Part shown: positions 54,701 through 64,000 of the stretch, piece after piece
How positions within the stretch are numbered: the stretch's first letter is position 1
Layout: every line of letters begins with the position of its first letter
Source: Calditrichia bacterium
GTDB taxonomy: Bacteria > Calditrichota > Calditrichia > JAJRVZ01
NCBI GenBank assembly: GCA_963796965.1
Contig: CAWCNS010000007.1
Span: 800,001-864,000, forward strand
DNA: 64,000 bases
Direction: 5' to 3'
Made by a program: the position numbers and the translations under genes
The notes under the pieces: generated by a model
Database searches by the model: none
The model's input: the letters and a program-made list of their open reading frames with translations, nothing else
What the model was told of the DNA's origin: nothing

Positions 54701-57433
54701 CTACAAATGGGTGATATCGACAATCCGCAAAATTCCCATCGGGACATGAACAGGGATCCCTTCTTCTGTAGCAGGCAATTCTATCTTCTGTAAGATATCA
54801 ACAGCTTTAACAACTTTCTGATTATTCAATCGTATTATGGCGTCACGATCACCCGGATCAACATAACCGGGATCTATAAGCGTTACCCGGATATGAGTCG
54901 CGTTCAGTCGGACTGCAGACCAGGCAACATCTCCTTTCACTCTTATTGATAGCCTATTCCCTGCTTCCTCGAGCAAGTTTTGCATAATTGGCTTATAGGT
55001 CTCTGCCGTATGGCGGATACCTTTTTCATCGTAAAAGTATTTTCCATCCGTAGATATTTTTTTATCGAATTGGGGGAAATCGGATACATTTATATCATCA
55101 GGTACAGTTGCAATTAATCCAAAGGGCATGTTCGGTAAAAATTCTGTCATTCGACGTCGACTATTAAACGCATAGGAGGTAAAATCGTGAGCAGGTATTG
55201 GACTGCCTCCCCAAAGTTCTGCCAGATGATCGAAGACAAATGTTTGGCTATCAGGAGAGAATTTATTGATATCATCATGGGCAGATCTGCCCTCTCGCAT
55301 AAAAGCCTCAGAGGGCTCCCTTATTCCAAGACATAGAGAACTTACAGAAAGGATATCAGTCTTATTTTGTGGAAAGGCAAGGATACCCTTCTCCAGCATT
55401 TTATAAAACGTATGCATCTGCACGACAGGGGCATCCCAGTATTGGCGATGAAAGTGGACTTCAAAAACATCAGCACCCAGCGTTCTCCTCAAACTCAGGG
55501 AACGAATCTGATGACTCAACAGCATTGTTTGGCACCATTCCCAGAGACGGTTGAAGCTGAGATTATCCATAACAGCACGCTCTGCCCATTGATCAAAGTA
55601 TCCGGTTAGCCAAAGACCCACCCTGCCACCAAGACTCAACTGCTGTGTCCTGCTGTTGGTCTCCTCCATACAGGGAACAAATATATTGCTGTAACGGCGG
55701 TCCTCCAATAATTCTTTCCAGGTAACATAAAAATTGCCATTCCAGTCAACATATTTCTGATTTAAGATTATCTTTTTATTACCATATTGTGAACATAATT
55801 TAGCCAGTGGAAGGATATGATTTTCGCGTGCATATTGAGCCGCCTCACTAATACTGGTCATTTCTTTAAATGAAAAAGCCTGAAAAGTCGTCGGGGCCAC
55901 CTGCAGAACACCCTCCATAGTCTGGAGTTGCATAAAAAAGGGATCACTGTTATGTCCTGCCCATAGGCCGAAGTTACGTTTTTGCTTTTCCATCTCTCTG
56001 GCAAGATCTATGATCTCTTCTGAAGTTTTGTCATAGGAAAATTTTCTATGTCGTCGGTTAGCCCATCCTTCTTTTAATGAACTTCTATCATAATCCTCAT
56101 TGAATTTTCTTTGACTAAAAAAGGAAACATTTGAATAAGGTTGTATGTCAACCAGAGAATCAATCTCTTCTGCAAACCGGTCATCAAGCAGCACCATTAT
56201 AGGATTAGAATCAGGCTGGTATTCAGGTGGTTCAAACGCCTCAATTTGTGCGTTCAGCTCTGCGAGGTTTTTTTCCAATGTGGCAAGATCTCCAACAGGT
56301 AAGATATTTTCCAACTCTTCCTGCCAACCGGTCCTATCGAGATGAATTCCATAAATACCATCCCCTCCGGAAACAGCACTACCCATGTAATAGATATTAG
56401 TTAACGGATCATATGCAGTTCCAGCAAAGGCATAAGGCATCCTTAGATCGGCCTGGAGAGTTCCATCCATCTGAAAAATGAGAAGATGATTGCCATAACA
56501 GCTTAAGATGTATTCCTGATGTAGTTTATTGCCCGGAATATGCGTAATCAGGCTCATAATATAGGGGATAGGCTCTATCTCAATCTCGCTGCTATCTCTA
56601 TTCATATTTGTAACAAAGGGCTTAGCCGTTGTGGGTAAGGTACTCATTATACCCTGTTCATCATAAACAGTCAATGCGTCAGGCTGATAGTGAGAATGCC
56701 CAAAGACCATTTCCTCTTTTCCATCATTATCTACATCGAAGATTTCAAGACTATAGTAGCGACCACCATTCCGAAGTTTCATATATCGACGCATCTGAAC
56801 TGTCCACACACTATCCATGGTAAGAGGATCAACAAGCTGAAGATTGTACCTGCCGGCAAGGGTCGTAGTTGCAGATGCTACAGCAATATATTCCTTTCCT
56901 GATCCGAATATATCACCCGTATTCAGAAGTCTTACGGCACCGGCTGTTTCAAATTTTCCCAATAATTCGCCATTCGCTGATAGGAAATACAGGTGACGAT
57001 CCACTCCGCCTGTAAGAATATAGGTTTGACCTGACTCCAAACGAATGGTTGCAACCTGGTAGAGAGGTGCAGGTGTAGGAAAAGACCAAATTAGTATGCC
57101 ATTATTGTCAATTACCCTGAGAACGCCATCTCCGGAAGCCACGAGTGATTCATCAAACCCGTCTCCATCAATATCAGAAACTTCCAAATCAAATGGGAAC
57201 TGGCCATCGGTATCCTGCTTCCAAATGGGTTGACCAGTATCATAATGACAGACGATAGAGCCATCATAGGCAGCCCCGATTACAACACGCTTGCCACTGT
57301 CATCGACTGTTCCAACCCCAAGATGGTAAATTGTATGACCACCTGTACTAAAGGCTGTTATCGCGGGCAGAGTGAATCCAACCACAGGGAGACTGATCAG
57401 TATAAACAACAAATATTTAATTAATAATAACAT
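54701..57433 (-). CDS. Lambda-carrageenase-like glycoside hydrolase (GH150-like)
   Basis: Signal peptide, N-terminal propeller (AAYDG, DIDGDGFDE), MEETNSRTQQLSLGGRVGLW, DNLSFNRL and VAWSAV...HIRVTLIDPGY resemble CglA-type enzymes. Recognised from memory, not searched. Confidence 0.75.
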   Translation of the reverse strand: MLLLIKYLLFILISLPVVGFTLPAITAFSTGGHTIYHLGVGTVDDSGKRVVIGAAYDGSIVCHYDTGQPIWKQDTDGQFPFDLEVSDIDGDGFDESLVASGDGVLRVIDNNGILIWSFPTPAPLYQVATIRLESGQTYILTGGVDRHLYFLSANGELLGKFETAGAVRLLNTGDIFGSGKEYIAVASATTTLAGRYNLQLVDPLTMDSVWTVQMRRYMKLRNGGRYYSLEIFDVDNDGKEEMVFGHSHYQPDALTVYDEQGIMSTLPTTAKPFVTNMNRDSSEIEIEPIPYIMSLITHIPGNKLHQEYILSCYGNHLLIFQMDGTLQADLRMPYAFAGTAYDPLTNIYYMGSAVSGGDGIYGIHLDRTGWQEELENILPVGDLATLEKNLAELNAQIEAFEPPEYQPDSNPIMVLLDDRFAEEIDSLVDIQPYSNVSFFSQRKFNEDYDRSSLKEGWANRRHRKFSYDKTSEEIIDLAREMEKQKRNFGLWAGHNSDPFFMQLQTMEGVLQVAPTTFQAFSFKEMTSISEAAQYARENHILPLAKLCSQYGNKKIILNQKYVDWNGNFYVTWKELLEDRRYSNIFVPCMEETNSRTQQLSLGGRVGLWLTGYFDQWAERAVMDNLSFNRLWEWCQTMLLSHQIRSLSLRRTLGADVFEVHFHRQYWDAPVVQMHTFYKMLEKGILAFPQNKTDILSVSSLCLGIREPSEAFMREGRSAHDDINKFSPDSQTFVFDHLAELWGGSPIPAHDFTSYAFNSRRRMTEFLPNMPFGLIATVPDDINVSDFPQFDKKISTDGKYFYDEKGIRHTAETYKPIMQNLLEEAGNRLSIRVKGDVAWSAVRLNATHIRVTLIDPGYVDPGDRDAIIRLNNQKVVKAVDILQKIELPATEEGIPVHVPMGILRIVDITHL

Positions 57434-57530
57434 TCAATTTAATCTAACTTTGATAATTCATTTCTCGCAAAGACCTGTCTCCGCCAGAGGCGAGAAATGT
57501 AGAGAGGTAGGGTTTAAATTAACTCTATTT

Positions 57531-57651
57531 TGTCATCCCGTCCCGGAACGGGATCGCGTCTCGGGATAGGGATCTTCCTACTTACAGATACTAAACTTGC
57601 CCGATAGAATATTCTTTTCCCAATGGGATTCCGTTCCGGGACAGAATGACA
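57531..57651. repeat. REP-like element, family A
   Basis: TGTCATCCCGTCCCGGAACGGGATC ... GGGATTCCGTTCCGGGACAGAATGACA; the first 50 nt match the 58957 copy at 49/50. Confidence 0.85.
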
Positions 57652-57748
57652 CAATTGTATAAAAAATAATTTGTAAAATTCGTTAAAATCTCCGTCATGC
57701 GCCGCCTGATCCGGCGAAGACGGATAATTAATGGAAAAAGGAACTGGG

Positions 57749-58795
57749 CTAATCTATAATTCCCTTAGCCTTCATTAATTCCGCACAAAGGATAGCGCCA
57801 CCGGCCGCACCTCTAACCGTATTATGAGATAAGACACTAAATTTATAATCAAAGATGGGGCATTCTCTCAGGCGGCCTACCGAAACGGCCATCCCATTTT
57901 CCAGGTTACGATGTAGACGTGGTTGGGGATAATCATCTTTTTCAAAGTAATGAATTGGCTGTTTTGGCGCAGATGGCAATCCTAACTTTTGAGGTAAGGC
58001 GCTAAAATTTTCCCAGGCCTTAATGAGCTCCTCTCTATTCCCTCTTCTCTTCAACTTCACCTGTACAGATATTAAATGACCGTCAATAACGGCCACACGG
58101 TTACACTGGGCACTGATTGGCAGATCCAACAATTTAACACCCTCAGGCCCTACTTTTCCCAACAACTTCAGGGGCTCCGATTCAATCTTTTGCTCTTCAC
58201 CGCCGATAAAGGGAATGGCATTTTCCATGATCGTTACACCGGATAATCCAGGATAACCCGCCCCGGAGATGGCTTGTAGAGTGACTACATTGACTTGTTC
58301 CAGACCAAAAACATTCAGTAGCGGTTTCAAGGCAATCACCAAACCGATCGTTGAACAATTCGGATTTGTGACAATTTTACCCTTACCATACTTTTGTTGC
58401 TCTAACAGGGATAGATGATCAGGATTGACCTCTGGAATGAGCAAGGGCACATCAGGATCAAAACGATGGTTTTTGGAATTGGATACTACGATATGACCTG
58501 CCCTCGCATATTTTTCTTCAACCTCGCCAGCAACCGATGCATCCAAGCCTGAAAACAATAATGGGCAATCTATTTCAGATTCTGTTGATTTCACGATTAG
58601 ATTGGCGACAGTGGAAGGTATTTTGCCCTCTAAAAACCAGTTAGCAGCCTGGGCGTAGATTTTTCCTGCGGATCGCTCCGAGGCAATTACTTCTTTTACT
58701 TCAAAATAGGGATTATCATCTAATAATTGGATAAATTTTTGTCCAACACTGCCAGTGGCACCAAGGACACCTACCGAAATTTTATTTTCGTTCAC
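57749..58795 (-). CDS. asd: Aspartate-semialdehyde dehydrogenase (archaeal/fungal-like subtype)
   Basis: GATGSVGQKF, ASERSAG, NPNCST, QAISGAG and HNTVRGAAG. Confidence 0.95.
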   Translation of the reverse strand: MNENKISVGVLGATGSVGQKFIQLLDDNPYFEVKEVIASERSAGKIYAQAANWFLEGKIPSTVANLIVKSTESEIDCPLLFSGLDASVAGEVEEKYARAGHIVVSNSKNHRFDPDVPLLIPEVNPDHLSLLEQQKYGKGKIVTNPNCSTIGLVIALKPLLNVFGLEQVNVVTLQAISGAGYPGLSGVTIMENAIPFIGGEEQKIESEPLKLLGKVGPEGVKLLDLPISAQCNRVAVIDGHLISVQVKLKRRGNREELIKAWENFSALPQKLGLPSAPKQPIHYFEKDDYPQPRLHRNLENGMAVSVGRLRECPIFDYKFSVLSHNTVRGAAGGAILCAELMKAKGIID

Positions 58796-58956
58796 TTTTC
58801 ACCTGTATACTTAGTAATTTTCAACTATTTCAATTTTCTTCCTCTCGCAGAGACGCAGAGACGCAGCGGAAGACAATATTAAATGCAAATTTTATTAAGG
58901 AAGAAGTAAAAGAGTAAAAATAAAAAGATAAAACGAATAACTAATAAGTCTATTCC

Positions 58957-59053
58957 TGTCATCCCGTCCCGGAACGGGATCGCGTCTCGGGATAAGGATC
59001 TTCCTAGGTGCAAAAAAAATTTCCACAAATAGGAAGATCCTTTCAGGATGACA
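58957..59053. repeat. REP-like element, family A
   Basis: TGTCATCCCG...GATCTTCCTA ... TAGGAAGATCCTTTCAGGATGACA, preceded by a family B arm near 58842. Confidence 0.85.
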
Positions 59054-59250
59054 TATAACATACCTATCTAACATTGAATTAGATTGGATATCTTAGTGTT
59101 AAACAGATTACTTAATCCTTACACCCTCTACCCTCTACCCTCTACCATTTCAACTTTTTAAATCCTGGATGATTTAATCCCGATTTATCGAGACGTCGAA
59201 GACCCCGTTATACGGGGGAAATCGATGCTTTATCGGGATACCTTGATTAA

Positions 59251-59847
59251 CTATTTACCATGTCTTTTCGCTAAAACCTCTTCTACCTCTTTTAACGTAA
59301 CACCCTTCTCCGTCAATAGAACGATAAGATGATACAAAAGATCAGCAGATTCTTGTTTTAGATCTTCATTATTACCATTTAATGCCTCAATTATCGTTTC
59401 GGTTGATTCCTCTCCAACCTTTTGAGCAATTTTATTGATACCTTTTGTGAATAATCGTGTTGTATAGGAACCTCTTGGCATTTTTTTCTTGCGATCATGT
59501 ATAATAGACTCTAATTCAGAAAGAAAATTTTCTTCTGAATTATTTTTTTCATTAAAACAGGTATCCTGCCCCGTATGACAAGCTGGTCCAGTCGGTCTGG
59601 CTTTTATTAATAATGTATCATTATCACAATCAGGAAGAATATCCTCTAATAAAAGAAAATTTCCAGAAGTTTCACCCTTGGTCCATAATTGCTGTCGTGA
59701 TCGGCTATAGAAAGTGACTTTTCCCTCTTTCTTGGTTTTCTTTAAGGATTCCTCATTCATATAAGCCAGCATCAAGACCTTTCCTGTTACAGCATCCTGA
59801 ACAATCGCCGGAATTAATCCATTATTTCTTTTAAAATTAAGTTTCAT
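59251..59847 (-). CDS. hisIE: Bifunctional PR-AMP cyclohydrolase / PR-ATP pyrophosphatase
   Basis: [22 protein letters not shown] and KVGEE. Confidence 0.96.
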   Translation of the reverse strand: MKLNFKRNNGLIPAIVQDAVTGKVLMLAYMNEESLKKTKKEGKVTFYSRSRQQLWTKGETSGNFLLLEDILPDCDNDTLLIKARPTGPACHTGQDTCFNEKNNSEENFLSELESIIHDRKKKMPRGSYTTRLFTKGINKIAQKVGEESTETIIEALNGNNEDLKQESADLLYHLIVLLTEKGVTLKEVEEVLAKRHGK

Positions 59848-60599
59848 ATACGCACCGGTATTTTATTTTCTTTTAAATAATTTTTTAATCTGGGTATAGG
59901 TATTTCACCAAAATGAAATATACTCGCTGCCAGAGCCGCGTCGGCTTTACCTTCATTAAACACATCAATAAAGTGGTCCATATTGCCCGCCCCCCCTGAG
60001 GCTATTATTGGAACTGGTAGATCTTCAGAAAGAGACCGGGTAATATCCAGGGCATAGCCATTTTTAGTACCATCGTGATTCATGGAGGTTAACAATATCT
60101 CTCCAGCTCCCCTGTCAACTGCTTCCCGGGCCCATTGTTTCGTCCACTTATCGGTTGGTGTTCTTCCACCATGAATATAAACCTGCCAGTCCTCCCCTGT
60201 GTCATAGGTATCTATAGCCAGGACGACACATTGGCTCCCAAAATTAGCGGCTAACTTATCTATCATTCCTGGATTTTCTACGGCTGCCGAATTGATTGAT
60301 ATTTTATCCGCACCCGCTTCTAATAGAACAGACACATCCTGTTCGGTACGGATTCCCCCTCCTACCGTAAAGGGTATATTCAGATGTAAGGCAATATCCT
60401 TTACAAGGGCTTCCAGGGTTGCACGATTTTCAATCGTCGCCGTGATATCAAGAAAAATCAGTTCATCAGCACCCTGTTCTGCATAGGCCTGCCCCAGAGT
60501 AACCGGGTCACCGGCATCGCGGATATCCACAAAATTAACACCTTTAACAGTTGTTCCGTCCATAATATCCAGACAAGGAACGATTCTTTTGGTTAACAT
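59844..60599 (-). CDS. hisF: Imidazole glycerol phosphate synthase cyclase subunit
   Basis: [20 protein letters not shown] and ALAAS. Confidence 0.97.
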   Translation of the reverse strand: MLTKRIVPCLDIMDGTTVKGVNFVDIRDAGDPVTLGQAYAEQGADELIFLDITATIENRATLEALVKDIALHLNIPFTVGGGIRTEQDVSVLLEAGADKISINSAAVENPGMIDKLAANFGSQCVVLAIDTYDTGEDWQVYIHGGRTPTDKWTKQWAREAVDRGAGEILLTSMNHDGTKNGYALDITRSLSEDLPVPIIASGGAGNMDHFIDVFNEGKADAALAASIFHFGEIPIPRLKNYLKENKIPVRI

Positions 60600-61315
60600 A
60601 GGAAAGGTTTTAACTCCTCAAGTTTAATCCGTCCTTCATATAGGGCTTTTCCAATAATCACCCCATCAACCCCTATATCAGCTAAGCGGCCCAGGTCGTC
60701 GATTCCACCAACCCCTCCACTGGCAATTAGATAAATAGAATTAAATTTACTCTTCAATTCTTGATAGAGATCAAGAGCCGGCCCAATTAACACACCATCA
60801 CGGGAAATATCCGTGCAAATTACATATTTAAATCCTTGCTCAAGATGATCTTCAAGAAAGTTGTCGATTTTCAAACTTGTCTCTTCCTGCCAGCCTGATA
60901 TGGCAATCATTCTGTCTCTGACATCAGCTCCAAGAATTATTTTTTCACTCCCATATCTACTTAACCATGAATTTACTAATTGTGGATCCTTGACGGCCAC
61001 ACTTCCAGCGGTCACTTGTCCGGCGCCGGAATCGAATACTCTGCGTATATCTTCATTCGTTTGCACACCGCCGCCAAAATCGATATCTAAATTTGTTTTG
61101 TTTGCCACTTTTTCCAACACAGCCAGATTGATCACTTTTTTGTTTTTGGCACCATCCAGATCTACCATATGTAGACGTTGGACACCACTATCTTCGAATC
61201 TCTGCGCTACCGATACCGGATCGTTATCATACACTTTCTTCGTATCAAAATCACCTTTGGTCAACCGAACGCATTGGCCATCAATAATATCCATGGCAGG
61301 AATAATTGTCATCAT
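60593..61315 (-). CDS. hisA: ProFAR isomerase
   Basis: IPAMD...[19 protein letters not shown] and ASGG. Confidence 0.96.
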   Translation of the reverse strand: MMTIIPAMDIIDGQCVRLTKGDFDTKKVYDNDPVSVAQRFEDSGVQRLHMVDLDGAKNKKVINLAVLEKVANKTNLDIDFGGGVQTNEDIRRVFDSGAGQVTAGSVAVKDPQLVNSWLSRYGSEKIILGADVRDRMIAISGWQEETSLKIDNFLEDHLEQGFKYVICTDISRDGVLIGPALDLYQELKSKFNSIYLIASGGVGGIDDLGRLADIGVDGVIIGKALYEGRIKLEELKPFLC

Positions 61316-61893
61316 AGTTCTAAAAAATTCCTTAATATCTTTTCACCAACCCTAGCACTTTTCTCCGGGTGAAATTGCACCGCATAAAAGTTGTCCTTTT
61401 GAATGGCAGCACTAAACGTTACAGAATGGGGAGACTCGGCGATTGAATCTGAATTTTGTTCAGCATAATAACTATGTACAAAGTAGACATAACTCTCCTC
61501 CTTAACACCTTCAAACAGCCGGCCCTTTAAATTCTTCAAGATGTTCCAACCCATATGGGGCACTTTATCCGTATCAGGGAATTTTTTTACCTCAACCGGA
61601 AAGATACCCAGCCCCTGGGTGTCATTTTCTTCCGAATGGTTGCACATAAGTTGCAACCCCAGGCAAATCCCTAAAACAGGCTGTTGAAGCGATTTGATTA
61701 ATGTGTCCAACTTTCGTTCTCTGAGATAGGCCATCGCCGAGCTGGCCTCTCCTACCCCTGGAAAAATAACTTTATCGGAAGCCCTTAATTCCGAGGGATC
61801 GTCCGTTACCAAAGGTTCAATCTCCAGTCGCTGAAGTGCCAGGCGAACTGAGTGAAGATTCCCGGCATTATATTTTAAGATAACCACTTTCAT
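61312..61893 (-). CDS. hisH: IGP synthase glutamine amidotransferase subunit
   Basis: PGVG, GICLG, PHMGWN, YFVHSY and QFHPEKS. Confidence 0.97.
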   Translation of the reverse strand: MKVVILKYNAGNLHSVRLALQRLEIEPLVTDDPSELRASDKVIFPGVGEASSAMAYLRERKLDTLIKSLQQPVLGICLGLQLMCNHSEENDTQGLGIFPVEVKKFPDTDKVPHMGWNILKNLKGRLFEGVKEESYVYFVHSYYAEQNSDSIAESPHSVTFSAAIQKDNFYAVQFHPEKSARVGEKILRNFLEL

Positions 61894-62979
61894 AATACAC
61901 CTTTTGTACTTGGAATGCCCTCGTTGGCATGACGTTTAACGGCCATTTTGAATGATCGTGCTAATCCTTTGAAAATAGCTTCTATTTTATGATGCTCATT
62001 TTTGCCTTTGGCTTTTATATATAAATTGCATTTGGCGCTGTCTGAAAAAGACTTGAAAAAGTGATAAAACATCTCTGTGGGTAGTTCGCCGAGCATTTCA
62101 CGCTTAAAATTCACTTTCCATACCAATTCGTTCCGTCCGGACAAATCCAGGGCAACATGAGCAATTGAATCATCCATAGGCAGCAAAAAACCATAACGCT
62201 CAATTCCCCGTTTATTACCAATTGCCTTCAGAACAGCCTCACCAAGAGCAATCGCCGTGTCCTCCACCGTATGATGTTCATCAACCTGAAGATCACCTTT
62301 TACTTTGATGTTCAAATCGCAGGAAGAATGTTTGGCAAACAGCTCCAACATATGGTCAAAAAAGCCTATACCGGTTGTGATTTTTGATTTCCCTTCGCCA
62401 TCCAGATTAATCTTGATTTTGATATCGGTTTCATTTGTTTTACGTGCGATTTGACCAATCCGGTCCGGAAATCGTAAAAAGTCATAGATCTCATACCAAT
62501 TTGGGGTTACTAATACGGCAGAAGTGCGCTTTTGTTTTCCTAATAGAATGGACTTACTACCCAAATTTTCGGCTAATTTGACATCAGTCATCCGATCACC
62601 GATTACAAATGAATTCTCCAGATCATATTCACCGGTCATATAATGTTTAAGCAGAACAGTACCTGGCTTTCGGGTTGGTTTATTCTCGTGTGGCATGGAT
62701 GGATCTATAATAATTTCGTTAAATTTTACACCTTCTGATTCCAGCGTCTTTAGGATCATATTTTGCACCGGCCAAAAGGTATCTTCCGGAAAAGAGTCCG
62801 TTCCCAGACCATCTTGATTACTGACCATCACCAGTTCATAATCAAGTTCAGTGGCAATGCGATGCAGATTTACGATAACACCCGGATAGAATTCTAATTT
62901 TTCCAGGGCATCGATTTGCTTATCTTCCGGTTCGACTATCATAGTCCCATCCCGGTCTATAAATAAGTACTTTTTTCAT
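61890..62979 (-). CDS. hisB: Bifunctional histidinol-phosphatase / IGP dehydratase; homopolymer frameshift just after the start codon
   Basis: ATG at 62979 followed by LFIDRDGT in the shifted frame; [20 protein letters not shown] and HHKIEA. Confidence 0.95.
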
Positions 62980-63067
62980 TCCAATAATGTTCCACGAATT
63001 ACGCTCGTAGAACGAGCCAGACCAAATTTTTACGAATTTCACGAATTAATTTATATAAAATATTTTT

Positions 63068-63261
63068 CCCTCGCAGAGGCGCAGAGAGAAAATTTATGAA
63101 AGGTAAAAGCATGATAATATCTTCTACCACGATGTCATCCCGGAGGGATTTTCCTAATTGCAGATATTAAATTTCCCGTAGGAAGATTTTGCAGAATGAA
63201 ATAAGTATGATAGCAATACAAAGTTTAAGTTTTTCTGCGTCTCTCTGCGGCTCTGCGAGAG
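63068..63261. repeat. Nested element: family B arms enclosing a family A core (63133-63200)
   Basis: CCCTCGCAGAGGCGCAGAGAG ... TGTCATCCCGGAGGGATTTTCCTA ... TAGGAAGATTTTGCAGAATGAA ... CTCTCTGCGGCTCTGCGAGAG. Confidence 0.75.
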
Positions 63262-63277
63262 ATAAAATCATATAAGA

Positions 63278-64000
63278 TTAATCACGATCTATATTATTTA
63301 AGTACTTCAAAAGTATTTGGTTTTCATCCGGGGTACCAACAGTAATACGCAGGCAATTATTGCAATGCATTACCCCGGAGCGATCACGAACGATTATTCC
63401 TTTATCCAACAAGAGATTATAAATTACCTGCGCATTATCAAATTTAACCAGAATAAAATTCGATTCAGAGGGATAGACTTTCTGTACCCTGTTCAGCCTA
63501 CCCAACCCATCGATCAAAATTTTACGCTGCTCCAGCACCCTCTGTACATAGTTATTTTTCTTTTCGATATTATCCAAAGCCTCTAATACAGCATTTTGTG
63601 TTAAGACGCTGATATTATAAGGATATTTTATATTATTTAACACCTGAATGATCTCAGAATCTGCAAAAGCCATTCCCAATCGTAATCCGGCCATCCCCCA
63701 GGCCTTGGAAAAGGTTTGTAGAATTACCAGATTTTCGTATTGGTTTAATTCTGTCAAAAATCCCGGATCTTTAGAGAAATCGATATAGGCCTCATCAAGT
63801 ACAATAAGACCTTCAACCTTTCCTAATAATTTTTGAATTGATCCCCGATCTATAAGATTGGCTGATGGATTATTGGGCGAACAGATAATAATTAACTTGG
63901 TTTTATCAGATGATTCTCTTAAAACCCGACCTGTATCAATCTCAAAATCTTTCGTGAGTGGTATTTTATTAACATGAATATCATTTAAATTGGCACAAAC
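63278..64000 (-). CDS. hisC: Histidinol-phosphate aminotransferase, 5' end outside the window
   Basis: The frame is open to 64000: CSPNNPS, DEAYIDF, TFSKAWGMAGLRLG and RITVG. Confidence 0.95.
   Translation of the reverse strand, partial: VCANLNDIHVNKIPLTKDFEIDTGRVLRESSDKTKLIIICSPNNPSANLIDRGSIQKLLGKVEGLIVLDEAYIDFSKDPGFLTELNQYENLVILQTFSKAWGMAGLRLGMAFADSEIIQVLNNIKYPYNISVLTQNAVLEALDNIEKKNNYVQRVLEQRKILIDGLGRLNRVQKVYPSESNFILVKFDNAQVIYNLLLDKGIIVRDRSGVMHCNNCLRITVGTPDENQILLKYLNNIDRD

Noticed and set aside
27641..63261. CRISPR array or autonomous IS
   Set aside because: The repeats are dispersed inverted arms rather than regularly spaced direct repeats, and no cas, transposase or integrase gene is seen.
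579..63586. Numerous antisense or overlapping 60-165 aa ORFs in the track
   Set aside because: They are shadow frames of well-supported genes.

Overview
This is a 64-kb, AT-rich bacterial chromosomal segment from an LPS diderm. The LpxC-FabZ fusion and Bacteroidota-like arg/his genes suggest the FCB group, possibly Calditrichota or KSB1; this taxonomy is inference. Left to right: (1) an envelope operon (tamB-like, bamA, skp, lpxD, lpxC-fabZ, lpxA, lipoate-ligase family gene, barrel protein, dxr, rseP, unknown ORF); (2) a B-box/NodB deacetylase and rfbB; (3) a peptidase-WD40-Omp85 / BamB-like / PEGA operon; (4) a LysW-carrier alpha-aminoadipate lysine cluster (lysW-hcs-lysX-lysY-Ntn hydrolase-lysZ-lysJ); (5) a long minus-strand run GNAT(argA-like)-argG-argC-thrA-argB-argE-argH-gltB-gltD-proC; (6) a sigma54-type glnK-amtB operon; (7) three secreted glycoside hydrolases (GHL10-like, propeller-GH9, lambda-carrageenase-like); (8) asd and the his operon. 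Top lead: the LysW cluster has no lysK but contains a stand-alone class II glutamine-amidotransferase-type Ntn hydrolase whose motif changes fit cleavage of LysW-gamma-Lys, a candidate non-orthologous LysK replacement. Second lead: an unannotated 37-aa leader peptide ending RRMFIHVSGFSLRRP-stop upstream of the arg operon. Several families of intergenic inverted repeats are present. About a dozen genes carry small frameshifts that are most likely long-read consensus errors.
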